Assembly: GCA_934149465.1 (NCBI GenBank)
Contig: CAKPEZ010000002.1
Location: 88,758 to 152,757, forward strand
DNA: 64,000 bases
Source: an uncultured Bacilli bacterium
GTDB lineage: Bacteria; Bacillota_I; Bacilli_A; RF39; UBA660
Direction of reading: 5' to 3'
Below, in pieces: positions 58,322 through 64,000 of this stretch (within the stretch, counting starts at the first letter, position 1; each line of letters opens with the position of its first letter). The notes below the pieces were generated by a model. It did no database searches, was not told where the DNA came from, and saw only the letters and a program-made list of their open reading frames with translations. A program made the translations under genes and the position numbers.

Positions 58322-60055
58322 ATGAGGACGATTACTAACGAACTTATTAATGAAATTAGAAATAAAACGGATATCGTTAACGTAATATCAAATTATTTAC
58401 CACTAACCAAAAGAGGCAAAAATTACTTTGGCGTTTGCCCATTTCATGACGATCATTCTCCTAGTATGAGTGTTAGCTCTGAAAAGCAAATATATACATG
58501 CTTTTCATGCGGAGCTTCTGGTAATGTCTTTACTTTTGTTTCCGAGTATGAGCATATCTCATTTATTGAAGCAGTAAAATTACTTGGAGAAAAGCTTGGA
58601 TTAAGCCTTTCTAATGTCAAAGAAGAACACATTGATCCTAAATATGCTAACTATTATAAAATATATGACTTAGCAAGTAAATTTTATCAAAATAATATAA
58701 ATACAGCTCTAGGAAAAGAAGCCTATGCTTATCTAGAGAAAAGACATTTTGATAAAGATACTATTAGAAAATTTGGAATAGGCTTATCAAGTAAAAATAC
58801 TCCTCTTACCACGTTATTATTAAAAAGTGGTTATGATAAAGAAACTCTTATTACCTTAGGACTTACTAATGATGGAGAAAATGATCTATTTATAAATAGA
58901 ATTATGTTTCCTTTGTTTGATTTAAATGGACAAGTAGTAGGATTTAGTGGAAGAATTTACTTAACTAAAGATTCTAGTAAATATGTAAACTCTAAAGAAT
59001 CACCAATCTTTAAAAAAGGAGAACTTCTCTATAATTACCATAATGTAAAAGAGCACTTAAAAAAAAGTGATACTCTAATTATTATGGAAGGATTTATGGA
59101 TGTAATTAGAGCAAGTACTATTGGAATAGATAATTGTGTGGCATCTATGGGAACAGCAGTTACTAAAAATCAAGCTCTTCTTTTAAAGAAAAGTGCTAAT
59201 AATATAGTTCTTTGCTTTGATGGAGATTCAGCTGGAGAAGATGCTACTATCTCTTGTGCAGAACTTCTCTTAAAAAATGGAGTAACTCCTAAAGTGGTTA
59301 GACTAGAAGAAGAGTTAGATCCTGATGAATATATTCTAAAATATGGAGAAGAAGCTTTTAAACAAAAAATAAATAATCCAATAAGTTTATTAGAATTTAA
59401 AATGAACTTATTAAAAAAAGATCATAAATTTAATGATTTAAAAGATATATCTAATTATGTAAATGAAGTAATAAAGAATTTACTTAATGAAAATGATGAA
59501 ATTGTTATTGATTTAACTTTAAAAAAAGTAAGCAGTGAATTTAATATTGATTATGAAATATTAAAAAATAAATATTTAGCTAGTAAGAATAATACTAAAA
59601 AAGAAGTAATTATCTTAAAAGAAAATAAACAAATAACTAAAGATAAATATCTTCTTGCTTATCAAAGTATTATTAATTATATGCTAAAAAGTACAGAGGC
59701 AATTACAATATATGAAAAGAAAGCTCCTTATTTACCTAATGATCTATTAAGATATCTTGCTAATGAAATAATATCTTATTATCATAAATACGGTACAATT
59801 AATGTAGCGGACTTTATTAGTTATATAGAAGATAATAATGAATTAAAACAAGCTTTAAAAGATGTATTAAAAGTAAATACTAATGATAATTTTGAAGAAG
59901 ATGAAATAAATGATTATCTAAAAATTATCAATGAAGCTAATGTTAAATCTAAAATAAAAAGACTAGAAGAAGACTTAAAAAAAGAAACTGATCCTATCAA
60001 ACAAGGTCATATCTTGGATGAAATAAATCAAATTAAACTGATTTTAGGATCTTAA
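58322..60055 (+). CDS. dnaG: DNA primase DnaG
   Basis: Zinc ribbon CPFHDDHSPSMSV...CFSCG, and TOPRIM domain (EGFMD, DGDSAG). Confidence 0.9.
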   Translation: MRTITNELINEIRNKTDIVNVISNYLPLTKRGKNYFGVCPFHDDHSPSMSVSSEKQIYTCFSCGASGNVFTFVSEYEHISFIEAVKLLGEKLGLSLSNVKEEHIDPKYANYYKIYDLASKFYQNNINTALGKEAYAYLEKRHFDKDTIRKFGIGLSSKNTPLTTLLLKSGYDKETLITLGLTNDGENDLFINRIMFPLFDLNGQVVGFSGRIYLTKDSSKYVNSKESPIFKKGELLYNYHNVKEHLKKSDTLIIMEGFMDVIRASTIGIDNCVASMGTAVTKNQALLLKKSANNIVLCFDGDSAGEDATISCAELLLKNGVTPKVVRLEEELDPDEYILKYGEEAFKQKINNPISLLEFKMNLLKKDHKFNDLKDISNYVNEVIKNLLNENDEIVIDLTLKKVSSEFNIDYEILKNKYLASKNNTKKEVIILKENKQITKDKYLLAYQSIINYMLKSTEAITIYEKKAPYLPNDLLRYLANEIISYYHKYGTINVADFISYIEDNNELKQALKDVLKVNTNDNFEEDEINDYLKIINEANVKSKIKRLEEDLKKETDPIKQGHILDEINQIKLILGS

Positions 60056-60067
60056 GGAGGAAAAAGT

Positions 60068-61168
60068 ATGGTCGAAGAAATTAAAACTTTTGAAGAAAGA
60101 AAAAAAGCACTTATCAAAAAAGGAAAAGCAGATGGCTTTATAACTTATGAAGAACTTGCTAGTGAATTAAAAGGACTTGATCTAGATAGCGATGCTCTAG
60201 ATGAATTATATAATTCTTTAATTGAAAATAATATTGAAATTGTTTCAGATGATGATGATATTGGAAACGATGACAATGATGATGATGATGGTAATTTAGA
60301 AAAACTTTTAGAAGATAATACAATTGCTAAAGAATTATCTATTAATGATCCAGTTAGAATGTATCTAAAAGAAATAGGTAAAATATCTCTATTATCTTTA
60401 GATGAAGAATTAAAGTTATCCGAAAGAATAGTTAATGGTGATGAAGAAGCTAAAAATATATTAGCAGAATCTAATCTTCGTTTAGTAGTATCTATTGCTA
60501 AAAGATACGTAGGAAGAGGAATGCTATTTCTTGATCTAATTCAAGAAGGTAATATTGGCTTAATGAAAGCAGTTGAAAAGTTTGATGCTGCTAAAGGATA
60601 TAAATTTTCAACATATGCTACTTGGTGGATTAGACAAGCTATTACAAGAGCAATTGCCGATCAAGCAAGAACTATCAGAGTTCCTGTTCATATGGTTGAA
60701 ACTATTAATAAATTATCTCGTTTTCAACGACAATTAACTTTAGAATTAAATAGAGAACCTACTGATGAAGAACTTGCTAAAAAGATGAATACTACTCCTG
60801 ATAAAATAAGAGAAATAGTTAAAATAGCGCAAGAACCTGTATCATTAGAAACTCCAATTGGTGAAGAAGATGATTCTCACTTAGGAGATTTTGTTAAGGA
60901 TGAACGTACTATGAGTCCTGAAGAATATACTACTCATGAAATACTAAAAGATAAAATTTCTGATGTATTATTAACTTTAACTGAAAGAGAAGAACAAGTA
61001 TTACGTCTTCGTTTTGGACTTGATGATGGTTGTTGTAAGACCTTAGAAGAAGTAGGCCAAATGTTTGGTGTAACAAGAGAAAGAATTAGACAAATAGAAG
61101 CTAAAGCCCTAAGAAAATTACGTCATCCATCACGTTCTCGTCAATTAAAGGATTTCCTTAATGATTAA
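60068..61168 (+). CDS. sigA: Primary RNA polymerase sigma factor SigA/RpoD
   Basis: Regions 2-4: [58 protein letters not shown]. Confidence 0.9.
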   Translation: MVEEIKTFEERKKALIKKGKADGFITYEELASELKGLDLDSDALDELYNSLIENNIEIVSDDDDIGNDDNDDDDGNLEKLLEDNTIAKELSINDPVRMYLKEIGKISLLSLDEELKLSERIVNGDEEAKNILAESNLRLVVSIAKRYVGRGMLFLDLIQEGNIGLMKAVEKFDAAKGYKFSTYATWWIRQAITRAIADQARTIRVPVHMVETINKLSRFQRQLTLELNREPTDEELAKKMNTTPDKIREIVKIAQEPVSLETPIGEEDDSHLGDFVKDERTMSPEEYTTHEILKDKISDVLLTLTEREEQVLRLRFGLDDGCCKTLEEVGQMFGVTRERIRQIEAKALRKLRHPSRSRQLKDFLND

Positions 61169-61826
61169 TGTTAAATTATCTCCTAGATTAGAAGCAGTAT
61201 CATCTTATGTTAAAGATGATTCTAAAATAATAGATATTGGCTGTGATCATGCTTTTTTGGATATATATTTATATAAAAATAGAAATAATATTAAGATAAT
61301 TGCATCTGACGTTAATGAAAAAGCTCTGCAAAACGCTAAAGCTAATATTCATAAATATAACTTAGATAATAAGATAGATACTAGACTTGGTAGTGGTCTT
61401 ACTGTTTTAAATGATGAAGATATAGATACTATTATTCTAGCCGGAATGGGTAGTTTTACGATGCTAAAGATCTTAAATCATGATCTTTTAAAAAAAACTT
61501 CTATTAAGCAAATAATAGTTCAAAGTAATACAGATTTATATCTTCTTAGAAAAGAAGTAATAAAAAAAGGCTTCTATATTAAGAATGAACAAGTAATAAA
61601 AGAAAATAATCTATATTACGTAATAATTAATTTTGAACGTGGTAAAAGAAAATATTCTAAGAAAGAGTTATACTTAGGACCATGCTTAATAAAAGAAAAC
61701 GCTCCTATCTTTATTGAAAAGAAAACCAAAGAATTAAATAAATTAAAAACTATTTATAAGAAAATTCCTTGGTATCATATATTTCTTAAGATCAAAATAA
61801 AAAAATTAATAAGATTGTACAAATAG
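61161..61826 (+). CDS. trmK: tRNA (adenine22-N1)-methyltransferase TrmK (YqfN-like)
   Basis: SAM-binding [11 protein letters not shown]. Conserved position downstream of sigA. Confidence 0.7.
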   Translation: MINVKLSPRLEAVSSYVKDDSKIIDIGCDHAFLDIYLYKNRNNIKIIASDVNEKALQNAKANIHKYNLDNKIDTRLGSGLTVLNDEDIDTIILAGMGSFTMLKILNHDLLKKTSIKQIIVQSNTDLYLLRKEVIKKGFYIKNEQVIKENNLYYVIINFERGKRKYSKKELYLGPCLIKENAPIFIEKKTKELNKLKTIYKKIPWYHIFLKIKIKKLIRLYK

Positions 61827-61909
61827 TCTTATTAATTTTTTTATTTTTATATTTTAATCTAAATATTTCTATGTTATAATTATATTAAAGTAAGAAAGTA
61901 GGGAAAGAC

Positions 61910-63475
61910 ATGGAGAAGAAAAAAACATACATTATCTTAGGAATTATTACTTTAATAATAGTAGTTTTTGGAGTAACATTTGCTTGGGTTACCTGGAAAA
62001 GTGCAGATAATACCAACATAAATCTTACAGTAAATGGCTTAGATATTAAATCAACAGATATCGATATTACAGGAAATAATATTATGCCTGTCTTAGATAA
62101 AGAAAATGGAATAGTAGAAGATTTTACCGTAAAATCTAATACTGATACTGGAAATACTCCAGTATGTGCAGATTTTACTTTAACACTAACTTTATTACCA
62201 GATGGATTAAAAGATCCAAGTTTTAAATATGATATCTATAATGGTTCTACTTTAGTAGGAAGAGGAAGCTTTGAAAACTATAATCAAGGTGATGTTATTA
62301 CAATTGCAAGTGGTCAAAGCATTACAACAACAGAATCTAAATATAAAATATACGTCTATCTAGATGGTAACATGGATAATCCAATTACAGTTACTAAACA
62401 AACATTCTTATTCCATCTAAAAATAACAGCTAGCCAGCAAGAAGGAGCATGTACTCCAAGTGAGATAAAAGAACCATCTTTTGCTGATGATATTATAGAA
62501 AAATATAATAATAACAAAGATGCTACTCCAGTAAAAAATAATAATGTTGATTATTACTATGCTTCAAGTGAATCTTTAATGCAAGATAAAGCAGGTAATA
62601 TTAGATATTATGGAGCAAATCCAAATAATTATATTTACTTTAACTGTGATGATTATTCTAATCAAACAGCAGATACTTGTGAAGTATGGCGTATTATTGG
62701 AGTATTTGATGGTAAGATCAAACTAATTCGTAATAGTCTAATAGGTAAATATTCTTGGGATACATCAGCAAGTACAGTAAACTCTGGAAAAGGATATAAT
62801 CAGTGGGGAGAAAACGGTGATTATAAGGGAGCAGACTTAATGAAGCTTTTAAATCCAGGATATTCTGATAATACTGATTTAAATAAAAGTGGAACATCAA
62901 TAAAAGTAAATAATAGTTTATATTACAATGCTGGATCAGGAACTTGTTATAGTGGCAAAAGTAATGCGACGACGACATGTGACTTTACTAAGACAGGCTT
63001 AAAAAACGATCAAACAAGAAATTTAATTTCTAAGACATTATATTATCTAGGAGGAAATAATAATTCTTCGGTATATTCAGATCAAATGTATGAATACGAA
63101 AGAGGAACAGAACTAGGGGGTAGTCCTTATGCTTCTTCTACTTGGGAAGGATATATTGCTCTTCCATATGCAAGTGATTATGGATATGCCGCCGACTTTA
63201 ATAGTTGTACACAAATTTTAAATAATTATAGTGATACTTCTTGTACAAGCACCAACTGGATGAAATCAGTTCTAACTAGTATGGGTTGGTTATTATCGCC
63301 TTATTCTGTCTATTCTGACACTGCGTGGGTTGTGTATTTCTATGGGTATGTGAACGGCGACGCCGTGTATGTTGCTGATGGCGTTGCCCCGGTCCTTTAT
63401 CTAGAATCTAATGCGAATATAGATGGAGCAACAACTGGTACTAGTGATAATCCATATAAACTTATAGTAAGTTAA
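61910..63475 (+). CDS. Large secreted protein, paralog 3 of the TasA/SipW-like-signal family, with C-terminal DUF1566/C-type-lectin-like domain
   Basis: N-terminus ends in GVTFAWVTW. YVYLDG and GSFEN blocks are shared with the paralogs. C-terminal WRIIG...WLLSPYSVYSDTAWVVYFYGYVNGDAVYV aligns with the DUF1566 consensus (WRLP...yWSS...AWyvnFsnGnvn...yvRcVR). Confidence 0.5.
   Translation: MEKKKTYIILGIITLIIVVFGVTFAWVTWKSADNTNINLTVNGLDIKSTDIDITGNNIMPVLDKENGIVEDFTVKSNTDTGNTPVCADFTLTLTLLPDGLKDPSFKYDIYNGSTLVGRGSFENYNQGDVITIASGQSITTTESKYKIYVYLDGNMDNPITVTKQTFLFHLKITASQQEGACTPSEIKEPSFADDIIEKYNNNKDATPVKNNNVDYYYASSESLMQDKAGNIRYYGANPNNYIYFNCDDYSNQTADTCEVWRIIGVFDGKIKLIRNSLIGKYSWDTSASTVNSGKGYNQWGENGDYKGADLMKLLNPGYSDNTDLNKSGTSIKVNNSLYYNAGSGTCYSGKSNATTTCDFTKTGLKNDQTRNLISKTLYYLGGNNNSSVYSDQMYEYERGTELGGSPYASSTWEGYIALPYASDYGYAADFNSCTQILNNYSDTSCTSTNWMKSVLTSMGWLLSPYSVYSDTAWVVYFYGYVNGDAVYVADGVAPVLYLESNANIDGATTGTSDNPYKLIVS
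63290..63420 (+). other. Candidate DGR variable region (A-depleted, G/C-ending-codon-rich 3' end of the 61910 gene)
   Basis: In about 100 nt (63323-63405) only about 12% A, versus about 40% elsewhere. Codons TCG, GCG, GTG, GGC, GAC, GCC, CCG and GTC are otherwise rare here. NNC-type codons (TTC, AAC, GGC, GAC, GCC, GTC) cluster exactly over the DUF1566-like hypervariable tail. Confidence 0.3.
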
Positions 63476-63491
63476 AGCCTATTAAGAATTA

Positions 63492-63522
63492 AACTGTATC
63501 TTAAATAAAGATGCAGTTTTTT
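63492..63522 (+). terminator. Rho-independent terminator
   Basis: AAACTGTATCTT-AAATAA-AGATGCAGTTT followed by T-run. Confidence 0.55.
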
Positions 63523-63614
63523 GATTAATTTTGTTAATTATAATAAAGAATTTTACTTAAAAAGCTTTACAAATTCCTTTATTTAATATATGCTTAATAT
63601 AAGGTAGTGATAAT

Positions 63615-63992
63615 ATGATTGAGACACAAACAATTGATATTAGACAAGTTCAAAAGATCTTAAATAATTGTCCTAATTATGACGAAATAGTTAATTATGA
63701 ATACCAAGAAGGAGATTTACTTTCATCATCACTAATAGACTGGTATAGGGATTTAGTTTTCTCTGCTGATGGAGATGATGAACGTCAATTAAAAATAATT
63801 AATGTAGTAGATCGCAGTTTATCTATGTATATTACAGATAGTCGTTATAAAAGAGGATTAAAGCAAGTATTATCTAGTGAAGAAGTAAATGATCATAGCT
63901 TAATGAAACAAATTATAAAGAAGATTATATCTTTTACTGCCTATTATGAAAAAAGAGAAGTTTTTGATACTGTTAATTCTAAGTGGATCTAA
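63615..63992 (+). CDS. Hypothetical 125-aa protein immediately downstream of the candidate VR gene
   Basis: RBS AAGGTAG. No recognisable motif, mostly helical composition. Confidence 0.4.
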   Translation: MIETQTIDIRQVQKILNNCPNYDEIVNYEYQEGDLLSSSLIDWYRDLVFSADGDDERQLKIINVVDRSLSMYITDSRYKRGLKQVLSSEEVNDHSLMKQIIKKIISFTAYYEKREVFDTVNSKWI

Positions 63993-64000
63993 CTTATTAA

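Noticed and set aside
63190-63200. Second GC-ending codon patch (gcc gcc gac) 130 nt upstream of the candidate VR, as an extension of the VR
   Set aside because: It is separated from the main patch by ordinary A-rich codons. Too short to distinguish from chance.
1-64000. CRISPR arrays, tRNA/rRNA genes, integrases/transposases, prophage modules
   Set aside because: No direct-repeat/spacer periodicity seen. No GC-rich cloverleaf-like blocks (no GGTTCGAATCC-type T-arm). No recombinase-like ORFs in the six-frame track.

Overview
Very AT-rich (about 27-30% GC) Firmicutes chromosomal segment. A small acid-soluble spore protein gene and ylbJ/ylbL-like genes point to a spore-forming Clostridia-type organism. 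The backbone is housekeeping: mutM (truncated at the window start), murG-murB-ftsQ-uppS-cdsA-rseP, yidD, rnc, rpsB-tsf, a SEDS protein, the ybeY-dgkA-cdd-era-yqzL-recO block, thiI, recD2, priA, a pyrH-like kinase, queA and dnaG-sigA-trmK. Accessory material is interleaved with it:
1. A GtrA/GtrB/GT-C surface-glycosylation cluster at 1.6-7.1 kb.
2. A kinase-like protein, two tandem MacB-type ABC-FtsX fusions, an acyl-CoA ligase and a hybrid histidine-kinase homolog with Glu in place of the phospho-accepting His, at 7.4-18 kb.
3. A divergent TetR / MMPL-YhgE-like pair with palindromic operator candidates.
4. A CYTH + Amidoligase_2 pair next to a membrane-anchored class-A beta-lactamase-like hydrolase and GNAT genes, at 28-31.5 kb.
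5. Three paralogous secreted proteins with TasA/SipW-cognate-like N-termini (49960, 53076, 61910) scattered among replication genes.
The most striking signal: the last 120 nt of the 521-aa paralog (61910..63475) encode a DUF1566/C-type-lectin-like tail in a markedly A-depleted, GC-ending-codon-rich stretch. That is the composition expected of a diversity-generating-retroelement variable region, but no template repeat or reverse transcriptase lies inside the window, which ends 0.5 kb downstream. No rRNA, tRNA, CRISPR array or obvious mobile element was seen.
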